Assembly (NCBI GenBank): GCA_046563655.1 | Contig: CM102283.1 | Coordinates: 7,750,001 to 7,814,000 of the forward strand | Length of the DNA stretch: 64,000 nt | Reading direction: 5' to 3' | DNA from: Yuukianura sp. NJ FZ-2021 | Lineage: Eukaryota | Part shown: positions 1-12,757 of the stretch, piece by piece | Position numbering within the stretch: position 1 is the stretch's first letter | Layout of the letters: the number at the start of each line of letters is the position of its first letter | Program-made: the position numbers and the translations under genes | Notes under the pieces: model-generated | Databases searched by the model: none | The model's input: only the letters and a program-made list of their open reading frames with translations | Told to the model about the DNA's origin: nothing

Positions 1-1742
1 ACTCCATCAAACGCGTGTGAACGTTTCAAAATGTTGAACTCTAATACGATTTTAAAACGGCTAATTTAAGACCACTGAAATCAAATTTAGTCTCCCGTGA
101 CTTTTAGAATCAAGGCGTTTCAAGATTCACATTATTACACGAATCTGATGACGCAGAACATGAAATGAGTCAAATCATGTGACTCAATTTATTCTTAATT
201 TTTTATAATTAACTCCACAAGTTTTAATTAACTTCTAGCTTTAATTTTTTTTTTAATTTTCCTAGAAATCTTCAACTGCGCAAGTCATGAATCAAAATCC
301 AGAAAGTCCATGCGGTTTTTGTCAAGGTTGTGAAAACCGCCAAGTAGATTTATTTATGGAACGTCGCATCTCATACTTTGGAACGTCAAACTTTTTTTGT
401 TTTGTTTAAAAAATCCGCTTGAGTCTAAAAATTTTCTCAAAAAGGCCGATATTTTTCTGACGCTGGAAAAATTTCTTAGGAAAATAAAGAAAAATGGAAA
501 ATTTCTCCGAAAATTGAGATTTTTCACGATAAATCTTTTAGAAAATGTAATGAATCATACCGCATGCGTTTAAGCATGACACATGCAGAGGTCAAAGGTC
601 AAATTTTGAGAACATGAGGATAAGCAAGTGACGCTATTTGGTACACTTAAGCCATACTCCAAAACAGGATTCATTCTGATGTATTCTCGTTTGTCACTTA
701 AGTCTTAATGGACGAAGTAAACAATTGAATCTTTGTGATAACTTTTAGTACACTTTGTTCAAAGTACTAAAAGTGCTCATCCTGGTTAGCTAAAATAAAA
801 TTTGGCTCAAAATAATCAACTTTTTGTTTAGTTAACAATTTATCTGAAAAAAATTGTTTTAGCACAAGCTTGTTTCATACCATTTTTGGTTGTAACTCAT
901 CTAGAGTTGTTACTTTAACACAATTGGGAGGGAGTGGAACCCGTATTAGGCAATTTGTATTCGAATTGCTAAAAACATGTTTATCCACTACACACTTCTG
1001 CAAAATGAGACAAAGATTATAGCCTTCCTGCTGCTCTGTTTAGATTAAAAGAACTTCGTGTCTTTTGTTACTGCAATTTTGCAAATTTTGAAACTGATGA
1101 AATTTTGAAAGTGTTAATGGCATGTCAATGTTTGCCGAAATTGATTATTATACGGTAAATTTCCTGCTTACAAATTTGCAACTGATACAGTTTCAAAATT
1201 TAAAATTTGTCACGTTTCATCACAACGTTTTTGCTTTACGATTGATTCATGAAATGCGATTTTTGAACTTCGATTTTGAAAAGTTCATTCTTGAGATGAC
1301 ACATTTTTTGAGGATGACTGATGTAACTGGAATGTCGTCAACATCCGGGATTCGACACAAGATTTGTCATGCGCAGTAATTCCATTTTTTGTCACTGTCA
1401 TGCGCAGTACTCAGAAAAGGAAACACTGCCCTCTATGCTAACATATTTACCAAAGGTGTGAATTTTTTTCAATTTTGAATCTAATGCACTTTAAACATGT
1501 TCGGAAAGTGTGAAAATCCGGTTGGAGTGTAGAGAAATTTTAGCAAATGATTAGATATTTCCAATATCTAATCATTTGAGGACAAGCAAATGAACGAAAT
1601 AATGTTTGAACATGGTCCACCCTGGCAGAAGAACCAGAACCCAATTTTCATAGGAATTGGTCCTTATTGGTGGCTCAAAAAAATTTTGTATTGTTAAGTT
1701 TTTGAAAAGTTATAGTTTTTGAAAAAAAACAAATTTTCAAAA

Positions 1743-4700
1743 ATGACCACACCACTACTTACGGCCGACTTTATTAACGAAGCCAAAAAGAAATTTAAAT
1801 TTAACCAATTCAAAGTTGAAATTGAAAATCCAGCGTTTCACTGTTTTTCGAGAGTAACTTCGGCCATTTTGCTCGTCTGTTGTGGACTCGTCACTCTTCA
1901 GCAACTCATTGGTAAAAATTTTCAAAAACCTTTTCAAAATTTTGTTTGGCATTGCTTTTGAATGGATTTCTCAAAACGGAACGTGGTTTCAAAAAAGCAA
2001 AATCCCGTTTGGTATAATTGTTTTTGAGTTGCTAACTGGAAAAGTCGTTAAAATTTTTAACTTCTGGACTCATTCAATCCTTGTTTTCTTTTTGGGAGTA
2101 ATAGGTCATTAGCAGGCCGAAGAAAAGTTGTGTAGCATTGTCTAAAGTAGATTTATTTACGCGTGCGCGAACTACTGACCTCGTTTGGACAAAGACTAAA
2201 CAATGATACTTTCAAAAACATTCCAAAATAACTTTCTCATCCAGCATTAATTGACTTTCTATTAATCGTTAATCATTAATTGTGAATGTTAATTGTGTTT
2301 TTAGGTGAACACATTAGATGTGTAACTCCGCCAAAGGAAGATATAAGGCCAGAGGCACTGCATCAGTACTGCTTCATTATGAGCACTTTCACCATACCCA
2401 ATCTGTTAGTCAAAATTTCAATCTTTGCAATTCAGAATTTCCACATTCCTAATTCAAAAATTCGAACTTTCCAATTGAAAATTTCGAGTTTCCTGGAAGA
2501 ATATCCGATGTTTCGTAGGAAATAAAATTCTGAGATTTTCAAAATTTTGATTTTTTTTTTAAATTTCATTAGGTTGAACGGCACAGTGGGCGTTGACGTT
2601 GCCCACCCTGGCGTGGGCCCTTATGACCCTGAACATGATGAAGCCAAGTACCATGCATACTACCAGTGGGTCCCCTTTGTCCTGTTCTTCCAAGCCTTGT
2701 TCTTCCTCATTCCTCACCACGTATGGAAAGCAGTTGAAGGAGGACTACTCAAAGCTTACTGTACGCTCAAGCTTGTTGATGACCACACATTGAAGGTTAG
2801 AGTTGACCTTTGACCTAAAGACACCAATTCCTCTTGGAAAACTATTAACACGCTCTCCAGTCCAGATGCTAAGCTTCTTCGTTTACAATTTGTTCACAAT
2901 ATGACGCAATTCCTCAGCCCCAATTCTGCTTGTGGTCTTAAATCTTTCTGCGTCTTTAAGATCTTCTCAACACGAGCCAGATTTTGGTAGTCGCAGTCCC
3001 ATTTTACTAAGAAATGACCTCAACAAAAATGTTTTCAAAAACAAAATTCTAAAAAGCAACAACATTACATGTCATTCATGTTTTGCTTCTCAGAATTTGA
3101 CGTAGGTTTCAGGTTTCAGAAGTTGTAAACTTGACGCATTATTCAGCATTCCAATTTTTGATTTTTTTTATGAGGGGTACTTTAAAGTTTTCAAGTCTCC
3201 TTGTGACCTTAAGGTCAACTACAGATGCTAATATGCTGTAAGTTGAACTTAACAAGGTTAGGCTATAACATGGCTTTTCCAAAATTTGGGTAGCCACTTA
3301 CCATAATGGCCGAAAACGGCAAAAAGTGGCAGTGATGTATGGAAACTTGCTTCTGGGTAATTTAAAACCTTTTGTGGGTGGGAACTTCAAAATCCTTTGC
3401 GTTTCGTACAAAATTTCAAATTGCTTAAAATTTAACATAAATTACTTCCCTCAAAACTCGTTTTCCTCAACGACAACAACAAAGTTTCGTCAAAACCCAC
3501 CCACCTCTACGTTTTTTACCCCTAATAAAATGTTTGCGTAGTTCGTGCATGACTTTTAATTTTCCCTTTTGCGGTTTCCTCAAGAAATTTCCAAAATGCT
3601 AAAAAATTTGAGGTGTATGCGTATAAATTCCCCCAAAAAAAGGTCTTGTTTTTGTCCTGAAACTTTTGTGAAATATGCTTTTAAATACAAGGATGAAAAT
3701 GCCAAAACCTATTTTTAAGAAGAATGTATTGAAAAACAAAATTTTGAATTTTTTTAAACTTTTTCTTTGAATTTTAGCATCGTTTTGTTATCGATGAGAC
3801 GAATGGTGAAATAGTTGAGAAGAAGCAGAAGACGTTGTCAAAGGCTGCAGAGTATTACATTATGCATTTGCATTATAATCAACGCTATGCCTACATGTAC
3901 GTGTTAGCAGAATTGCTCAATTTTGCCATCGTAGTGCTCAACATCTACCTTACGGATGCGTTTCTCGGTTATGAATTTTCCACTTATGGACCTGAAGTCG
4001 TCTACTTTTTGTCGCAAGATCCAGGTTAAAATGGCAAAAAAAAATTTACAGAAGGTCAAAATTTTTTAGTTTTTACTCCAATTTTTATGAAATTGCAGAA
4101 AACAGAGTTGATCCAATGGCCAAAGTGTTTCCAAAGGTCACGAAATGTAAGTTTCACAAGTATGGACCTTCTGGGCAATTGGTCAACTACGACGTCATGT
4201 GTGTCCTTGCTCTCAACATTGTCAACGAGAAGATTTATGTGTTCTTGTGGTAAGTAACTGGAAATGAGGGTTAGAAGATTTTGCACTAGCAAAAATTTTG
4301 CATGTGCAAAAAATGCCAAAAACGCACTTTTGCTTTTTATTTTGTCTAAATTTTTTTGTCGCGTGTTTAGGTTTTGGTTCATTATTGTGGCGATAATTGG
4401 TGGCTTGGCTCTGGTGTATCGGATTATCGTTATTTGTTCTTCTGGCGTCCGGGACCAACTCATCAGCCACAGAGTTTTAGATGATGACAAAGACAATCTA
4501 CATGAAATTTGTGAAAGATTGAGCTACCCGGATTGGTTCGTTCTCAAACGACTCGGAGACAATATAAACCGAATTCGGTTCGGAGAGTTGTGTCAATCCA
4601 TTCATCATTACATGCTCAACGGAGCTAGAAGTCCATTTCTAACTGAATCCCCTGCGTCTTCGCCTATTCCGTATACAAAAGGCGAGAAAGAAAAACTCTA

Positions 4701-4749
4701 TCCGGATCCAGAGGCAGACCAGGAGCTACCACTAATTAAACCATCCTAA
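1743..4749 (+). CDS. Innexin A (gap-junction protein, Inx7-like), 6 exons
   Basis: Exons 1743-1911, 2305-2404, 2573-2795, 3778-4024, 4099-4249 and 4371-4749 are joined by phase-compatible GT-AG introns. Innexin signatures: GEHIRC..QYCF, HAYYQWVPFVLFFQ, VFPKVTKCKFHKYGPSG, CVLALNIVNEKIYVFLWFW. Confidence 0.95.
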
Positions 4750-5595
4750 AAATTTTCACTTCAAATTTTAATTATAGTTTTGAAAAAAACCAAATTATAG
4801 TCACTTCCAAACACTCATACATTTATGCAGAATTGTAGAAAGTGGAACATTGCAACAAAAAAGTGACAAGAAGCAAAAAAAATCCGTACCCTTTGACCTG
4901 TGGTATAAAACTGTCATTTTTGGCTTTTAGCAGCTTAAAGTTTTAAGTTTTTCTTTTAAACATAAAAATTCAAAAATTGTTTCTGAAGAGTTAAATTACT
5001 ATTTTTCGTGAGTGGAATTAAACAACTTAAAATTATTTTACGACTACTGTCTGTCAAAAAATCAAGTTTTTTGAAAGTTTAAGACTTAAAAATGTAAAAT
5101 TGCTGAAGAGTTACGATTACACTTAAAATTGCTACTGAACGAAACTAGAATTTTGTAGTTTTTGGTCATCACATAACAATTCATTTGGTGATTCTCAATG
5201 TCAGACTGAGTGGGCAGTTAGCAAAAAAATCCTTGCAAAAAATTAGCAACTTCACGCTTTCATGGACCTGAGTAAAGTTTTAGCTTATATTAAGTTTCAT
5301 CATGACGGAGTTGAGTTTCAATTGGCTAAAAAAAATCATGCCAAGGACAAACTGGACAAAAACCACAAGGCCTTAAAACAAAAGTCGGCATTATAAAAAC
5401 AACAACAATGATTTTTATATTTTAATTAACTTCGTAATTAGCTAAAGCTGTACCGTCAAAGTCTCAAAGTGACACCGAAAATCTCAAAAAAAAAAGGAAA
5501 TTTCTAAAATAGTTTTGTTGCAGATTGTTTCTACAAATGTTTGTGAAAATGCTTTTGTAGAAGATTGAAGATTGAAATGAAAATGAAATGAAAAA

Positions 5596-7306
5596 TTACA
5601 TCATTTCTTCGTAAATTTTTCTAATTAGAGTATGAAATGTTTCTGGATCGAGATTTAATTTCAAAAATCTAAGCAGAAACCAGTCACTGAGTCCCAATTT
5701 TTTCAAAACCGCGACACTTTGGGCATTCAGCGGAAAATTTGAAGCGACGCTTGAGCCAAGGAGGTTGCGCCGGCGCAATTTGGGTGAAACTAAAATAGCC
5801 AGTCGATGCAGTAAAGCCAGTCCAGTCACCAAGGTCAGCATGACAAACCTGCAATTAAACGGAGGCGAGCAGTTAAGTCAGGAATTTACGTTAGGTAGTT
5901 AGCATTAACTTTAGCTAACTTCAGGTGCGTTCCAAGGACTTTGTTGCTTCCATTAGCACTAAATTGACTCTCAATTAGTCTGCTTTTAACACCTACTCAG
6001 GCTAGACAATGGACCAAGAAAAAACTCACCAGAGCCACAAAAATGTAAAGATTTTTTCATTGAGGATGTTCGAAGTGAGGATACAAATGGCATCAAATCG
6101 CTGAATGCTTCCGGAAGGACCGAACATATGAAACAGACATTTCGTAATTCGCGGGAAAACTGTTGCCATGGGATCAATTCTCGTTTCGGGATCAGCATCC
6201 AGGAACTGGATGACTCTTGGTCCATAGGAAGTGAACTCTTGACCCAGGAACAGATCTGTCACGTACATTGCCGTTAGGAGGACAAACATATTTCCAAATT
6301 CGGACATCACGTAGGCAAGGGCCCATAGGCTATGACTTCCCTTGGAGTCCACAATGTACTTCCCCACGGCCCTGATTCTGTCGTCCCTCTTCGAAGTGCC
6401 AAGGGTCATGAGGTTTAACGTCTGAAAAACAAAGGCCTCATTTGTTCAAACAACAAATTTAGAACAACTTTTCAACTTTTGTTCTAAGAAAATCAACAAA
6501 TTTAGAACGACTTTTCAATTTTTGTTCTAAGAAAATCTCGTTCCAGGGCAAAAGTCATTTTGAAGGGGAGAAAAAGTCATTTACGAAAGTTTAAATTTAG
6601 AATTCGAACTTTCCGCTTCGAAAAGCTACTTAGCGTGACTAACTGTTTTCGAAATTATGAATGTTTTTTTTTTTACATTTAGCTCGGAAACCAAATTTCG
6701 AACTTTTCCGTTTTCAATGGCTTTCCAAATGTTGTGCGTCAGGAGAAAGTAAAGTCCGAGAAAAAATAGAAAAAATGGCATCCATTGGTAATAGGCGTGA
6801 TGCGTTCTGGAAGAGACTCCAGGAATGTACTGGTCCCCTCCAACATTCATGTGCTGCCGAATACGAGCGATGCTTGACGTCCGCGTGTCTTGGGGAACCT
6901 GTCAAGTTTCAAAAATTTTGAAGTTTTCAAAAATTCTATTTTTAGAAAATTTTGAGATGGCTGGCCATTAGGACTAATGACAGTTTTTAAAAACAAAAAG
7001 TGATTAGGATTCGGAAAAGTTTTAACTTATGTTTACCGTAAATGTTGTTTGAATGAAGCAGTAGTTCTCAATGACCTTGCGCGGAATGACGGGGTCATTG
7101 GACAAGTCGTCATGGTGAGGTTGACACTTGATGTGTTCACCCAAGTACTGACGCATGGACAACAACGCAGTGAACAGGAACAGAAGAACTGTCGTAATTC
7201 GAAAGTGTAATCGAAACGTCCATTCTTCAATTTTGATTCGCGGAGTACTTTTGGTCAGAAGAAAAGGACCGAAAAGTTCGGCAATTGCTGAAAAAATGGC
7301 TGACAT
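5596..7306 (-). CDS. Innexin B (divergent, Inx7-like), 4 exons
   Basis: Exons 7306-7037, 6898-6677, 6421-6030 and 5848-5596. Motifs: FRLHFRITT, RQYLGEHIKC, NYCF, HAYYQWMPF, VFPRITKC..GPSGSIQRFDAIC, NEKIFTFLWLW. Confidence 0.94.
6451..6536. repeat. 43-bp tandem duplication in innexin B intron 2
   Basis: caacaaatttagaacaacttttcaacttttgttctaagaaaat occurs twice with 2 mismatches. Confidence 0.85.
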
Positions 7307-9647
7307 TGTTTTCAAAATTTGATTTTAGCAACTTTTTGACGTAATTTGCTAAACGATTTGCAATTCTGTTCAAGGAAAGAATCAGTTACGGAATGAAAAA
7401 TTTCTAAGAAAACTTTTTCGCATAGCATCTGGAAAAATATGTTTATTTAATTTTTTTTTAATTAAACATGAAAATGTAATTGGGGTTGGAAAAGTAGAAA
7501 TTAGGCGTCTATGGTTTTAAGTATGCAAGAAATTGGTCAATATCAATCAACACCTCAATAAGACTCCAAATCAAAAGAAAATTTGTCCTTATGTGAACCA
7601 TGTGTTTTTAATGACTCAAAATTTTGAAGAAAAAAATCTTATATAAATCTGTCCTCATCTAGACCATGGAATTTAAGCATGATCTCATAAAAATTTCGTT
7701 TCTGGTTCCCACGACACATTTTTCAAATTTTTCTTTCCCGCACTTTTCCAGTTACTGGAGGCATCTTCTGAGGTCACGCTTGAACACGAGGCTTTGACTT
7801 TCACAAAAAATTGAAATACAAATCTTTAGTCAAAATTTTCAAATTTTCAAATTTTCAATTTTTTTTTCATTGCTTTCTGTGCCATTAAGAAAAATGAAAA
7901 AGATTAGATACAAAAAATGTACTGCTGTTTTAACTTTTCTTGTTTACATTTTTTATTGTAGAAAATTCATGCAATTTCCATTTAGGTTTTTGGATTCCTT
8001 TTCTTCAAAAAATCGGATTTTTTTGTAACAAAAATTGCTACTTGGAATTTAGGAATTTAGCATTTTTGAGTTTTGAACTTCACGTCAATTTTTTTTAATC
8101 TTCGGACTTCTTCCAGACGCTTTCTAAGTAAAATTTTAAGCTTGTAAGTTGAAATTAATCAAAGCAGAAACGAATTAGTGTGGACGAAGGGGTCACTGAG
8201 GTCAACAGAATCTGCAAAAGTACTTTAAACCAAAGTACTTTTCATTTTATGATAACACATCAAATTTATTCATCACATGCATCATCTTCTTTCTGAATTC
8301 GTTAACCTCCAGAGTATTCGCCTCATAAATTTTTCTTCTTAGAGTACTTTTGCAGACGTTTTCACTGTTATGCTCAAATCTCAAAGTTATTTCGTAAAAT
8401 CCATTTGACATTACTTTTTACTTTAGCGTAACATTTTCCACGCGTGATTGCATTTCACCAACTGAAAAGTTGAAAAGCAGTTGAAGTCTTGCAGTGACTG
8501 CTTTATCAATCCTGGAGTAAGAAGAAGTGACATGCTGGAAGTTATCTGGTTCTGCCTGGAGCAAAACAAGATTTATCTTTTGGCAGTGACATGTCTCATC
8601 TTCTTAAAATTCTTGAAACCTCTTGATGACCTCTGGAGTGGCTTAGACTTTGACCCAACAGTTGGACAAGTCCTTGACAAGGCCTCATCACTACTCTTTA
8701 TCCTTAACAAATCCATTTCTGGGTTAGTGATTAACTTTTACTTAACTAGTCTGATGTCTTGAGTGACACAGACGCCATTGGACACACCACTAAAACAAAA
8801 TTTAAGTCACTTTCTTACTCTCTGGACAGCATCGTGTTCAAAGGCACGTAGGCCCTAAACAACAGGGACTTTTTTGTCTAAGAATTTTTTGTTCAAAATT
8901 TTATTCTTGGACGGAAATCCTACCATTTTTTGTTTGCCACCCTCTTGTGGTTTACCATTTTTTGGAAAAATGTAAAATGTCAAGGTCATTCTAATTTGTT
9001 TTGTCAAAAAATTAGTCATACTAAACGTATTGTGTTTTATCCTACGCAATTTTGAAGGCTAAGAAAAGCAGAAATGACGCAAATGACAATAAAAACAGTT
9101 AATGATGTGCGATCAAAAAAAGAGGAATTTATAAACTGGTAAAATTAAAACTTGTTTTACCTGTTTTGATTTTATTGCACTATTTTTTTCCCAAAAATGT
9201 TGAATTCTGAGCAAACGTGTCAATGCTAAAGTAACTTTAGTCAGAAAAGCAAATTCTACTGGCGAATTTTTTAAACTTTGATTCTAAATTCCAGATTTAG
9301 ATAAAAATTGTTTAAATTCTGCAAGCAAAGAGACTCGTCGCATCTTCAATTTGGATTGTCTCCATTCGTTTTTCTGCCTTGAGGGCATGAATTGAAGTTT
9401 GTTTGAGTCCCACGGTGCATAAGATTTTAATGGATTGACAAATCGTAAAGACGCGTCTTCTCTAGTGAAGCGTCAACTTCAAAGTTCGGATCTGAAGATG
9501 GTTTGAACAAGCAGATTTCCATTTCCAATGACAATGCAAATGCTCAACATCATTATGGACTTTATTTTCACAAGTACTTAAAACTTTTTTTTTAAACCAT
9601 TTGTCTTAAACTTTATGTAATGTGAAAGAACCGCCCTAAATCATGAG

Positions 9648-9844
9648 CAGGGTTGCAAAAAATATTTACTTCCCATGCCTGTAATGTTAACAAAATCAAT
9701 ATTTTGAGCATTTTTGTTGCGAAATATTTATTTATTTTCTCATGCCCGTAATGTTAAGCTAGTAAATATTTCGAGCTTTTTCAGTAAATATTGCATTTAT
9801 TTAAATATTTCGCTGGTTTTTAGTAAATATTTTTTGCAACCCTG
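9648..9844. mobile_element. hAT-type MITE (197 bp)
   Basis: Perfect 23-bp TIRs (cagggttgcaaaaaatatttact / agtaaatattttttgcaaccctg) and an 8-bp target-site duplication ATCATGAG at 9640-9647 and 9845-9852. Internal direct repeat catgccYgtaatgttaa. Confidence 0.9.
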
Positions 9845-11249
9845 ATCATGAGGGGAACGTGGAAATGTCTTTTATATTTTTAGAAAATCCAATTGCATGG
9901 GAATGCTTAACTTTTAAAGTCATAAGGACTTACACCCTATATTTGTACATAGTTGACTTTTCCCAAAGCTACAAAGACAACTTCAAAAAAACTTTAAAAA
10001 AAAATCTTTTTCTAAACACGGACGCCTCTGAACATGTTCTCGGGCAGCTAAAGCCCATTAATTTTAGCCTCCCTTGAGAGACCCTCCAAGTTTAAAAGTT
10101 CAAAATGAACTTTCTAAGAAAATCTCAAAAGGGAACCCACAATCTCTTGATCTTTTTTTTTACATTAAAACCTTTATTTTTAAATTGTACATAAATACAT
10201 GTAAAATTCAAAATATGGACATTTTTTTGTTTTGGGAAAAACTTTATGCATTTCCAAACACACCAACATGCATTAGCAGTCAAACTGAAAAGTTGAGGAC
10301 GGCTTCAATTGGATCTGACATAGTAAACTCCAGGGAGCTGAATTTCAAAAAAAAAATAGTTCAGAGTTGAAACGTTAACTTTCCATTTTGTGCAAACTGC
10401 CTGCAAAAAACTAGTTTTAACTCGTTTCACCTTGGAGTGTCACAGAAATAGAAGGTTTGTGCTGGATTTGCAAACAATTCTACCTGGACAGCAAAAAAGG
10501 CGGGACATGAAACCAAGCCTGGAAATTGCAAATGTAGCATGTCGTTGTCAGAACAAAAGGAAAAATGACTGTCATAAACTTTTTTTTCACAATTTTGCAG
10601 TGTCAACTTTTGTGCAAATTTAAATATGGTACATGACATGCATATTACAAAATAAATTTCAACTCTTCCAAAAATATTTCCTAGCCAAATTTTTAAAATG
10701 GTATTAAAATTTCTTTGCTTTTTTTTTGCAAATGCTCCAATTGTTTTGTTTTGCTTTGGAAGAACTCCGCATCAATTTCTGCTGGAATCGCAATTTTCTT
10801 GGAAATTTGGGATTTCTAGGTTAATCAGAGTTAACTCAATTAGTTCAAATTTGGTTTTGGTTAATTAACTGCACAAAGTCATAGTGTTTCCAAGGAAGGA
10901 CAATGACGCTATACTGACCATGAGTTCGTCGGTTACATTTCGACGCAATTTCCGTACTGTATGCTCTGACTAACATTTGTAAGAAAAATTTTGTGCTGTT
11001 TTTAATGTACTGCGAGGTCAATCTTATTCTTCATCAATTGAGGCACTCAATTGACTCACTTCCAACTCGTGGCCCCGATTTAATCAAACCCAATTCACCC
11101 ACCAGCATATGTTAATAATACACTGCTGACAACCACCTCGAAATTGTTGCAAATTTTGAACCAAAAAAGCACGCCTCGATCTGAATTGATTTATCTTTAT
11201 GCTTGGCACGTTTCGCATTTGATCAACTCTTTATTATGAAACTTGCAAA

Positions 11250-11334
11250 TACCGTAAAACGGGCGTTTAAGCAAAATTTCAAATTGTACCACCAGCGTTT
11301 ATTGGAAACAGGCGTTATTCGAAGCTTTGCGGTA
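11250..11334. mobile_element. Tiny Tc1/mariner-type MITE remnant
   Basis: Imperfect inverted ends TA-ccgtaaaac ... gctttgcgg-TA, with TA flanks. Confidence 0.45.
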
Positions 11335-11906
11335 TTTGGGGTGAAGTACTTAATGAGAGAAGGGAAAATTTAAATTCGTGTAGGAAGAGAAGCATCTTGT
11401 GACAGGAAACTGATGCAATTGAGCTACAGCATTACGTTTCTGGCTTGTTTCATTGTTCAGGTGAGAACTTCTTTTTTCTCTTTGCAAAAAGTGAATGACC
11501 GATGAACATCACATGACCTGAGAAGCATCAGGGCGTCGTTTCTCTATTGAATGAGCCGCTGGAAACTTCGAACTGTTCATCCGTCAATAATGCCATTTCT
11601 CACACATGCGAAAACATAAGCAACAATTCATATCCAGCTCTCGTCACCAAAAGTTGTGGTTTCCAGGAATTTTTGGAAGCTGAAGTTTTTCCTCAGTGTA
11701 AAAATATCTTCGTTTTTTTCTTCGTTTTTTTGAGGTTAACGTTTTTTTCCTGGGCGAGCCCCTGCGGCAGCCGTACAACCAAAAAAACCCACCCTTCGTT
11801 TCTTACTCCATGACGTCTGACGGTTTACAAAAGAATATTAAGTGAGACAGAGGCCCAGAGAAGGCTTGGCACGACCGCAGGGCCGTCTAGCTCATGACTT
11901 TGGGCC

Positions 11907-12066
11907 CACTATGGTCAAACTTCTCTCAAACTCTCGACTTTTCAAAAAATCCAAAGCTTAGCATGTCATCAGAGTAGTCACGACAGATCAATTTTGAACT
12001 CATGATTGGGCCACTTGCACCAAACTCCTGCACTAGCTGGACAAAAGACTATGTTTGACCATAGCG
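11907..12066. mobile_element. Inverted-repeat element with CACTATGG ends (possible Transib-like MITE remnant)
   Basis: cactatggtcaaac ... gtttgaccatagcg form inverted ends. No matching TSD is visible. Confidence 0.35.
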
Positions 12067-12757
12067 CGATCGCTTTCCAGCTGGCTGGTACAATTCTGCG
12101 ATCCGCATCGTGTTTTTGGTGTATTAGGGCCCTTAGACATGCTTAGAATTCCGGAAAAGATGCAATCAAAGTCAGAATCAAAGTGTAGGTTCTTAAGGGT
12201 CCGTCCCTGGGGGCCCTTTGGGCCTGATCTCTTTGGAATTTCCAACAATGGTTTGAGAATTTTTGTTTCAAGTTTCATTTTGTGCTAGGGGTGGCTGGTC
12301 CGCGTGATTTGAAAATCACGAACGAACAGAAACTTGACAACAGAGCTGCTTTGTATCCCTTAACCCAGCTTTTGGTTCTTGCAACTTTGAATTTGGAGGG
12401 GATGATGAAGTTTTGGTCCCTTGGAAGTTAAGCTCCAACTGTTATTTGGATGCAGCATATGAAAATTGTTTAGTTGTAGGACATAGCTTAACAATTTTTC
12501 GTCAGAAGCACCACATCCCATTTGGCTTGTAGTAGTTCACAATAGAACAGAGACTGCTGCCTCCTCAGTTCCAATTGTAACTAAACCTCTCCAGTTCCTC
12601 CAGTCTTTTGCTAACCAACCTCCTCCAGAAGTGGGTGGACCACTGGAACAGAAGAGATATTTTAGAAAAATACAAATCCAGTTTTCAAAAAAAATTTTCA
12701 AAAAGTGAATTTTAAATTTTAAGTTAGTACCTCTGTGTTTCATAAAAATCGGCCAAA

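Noticed and set aside
8481-8830. ORF 8481..8762 and a 47-codon minus-strand ORF in a slightly GC-richer patch
   Set aside because: No recognisable domain and no coherent exon chain. Could be UTR or lncRNA, but unsupported.
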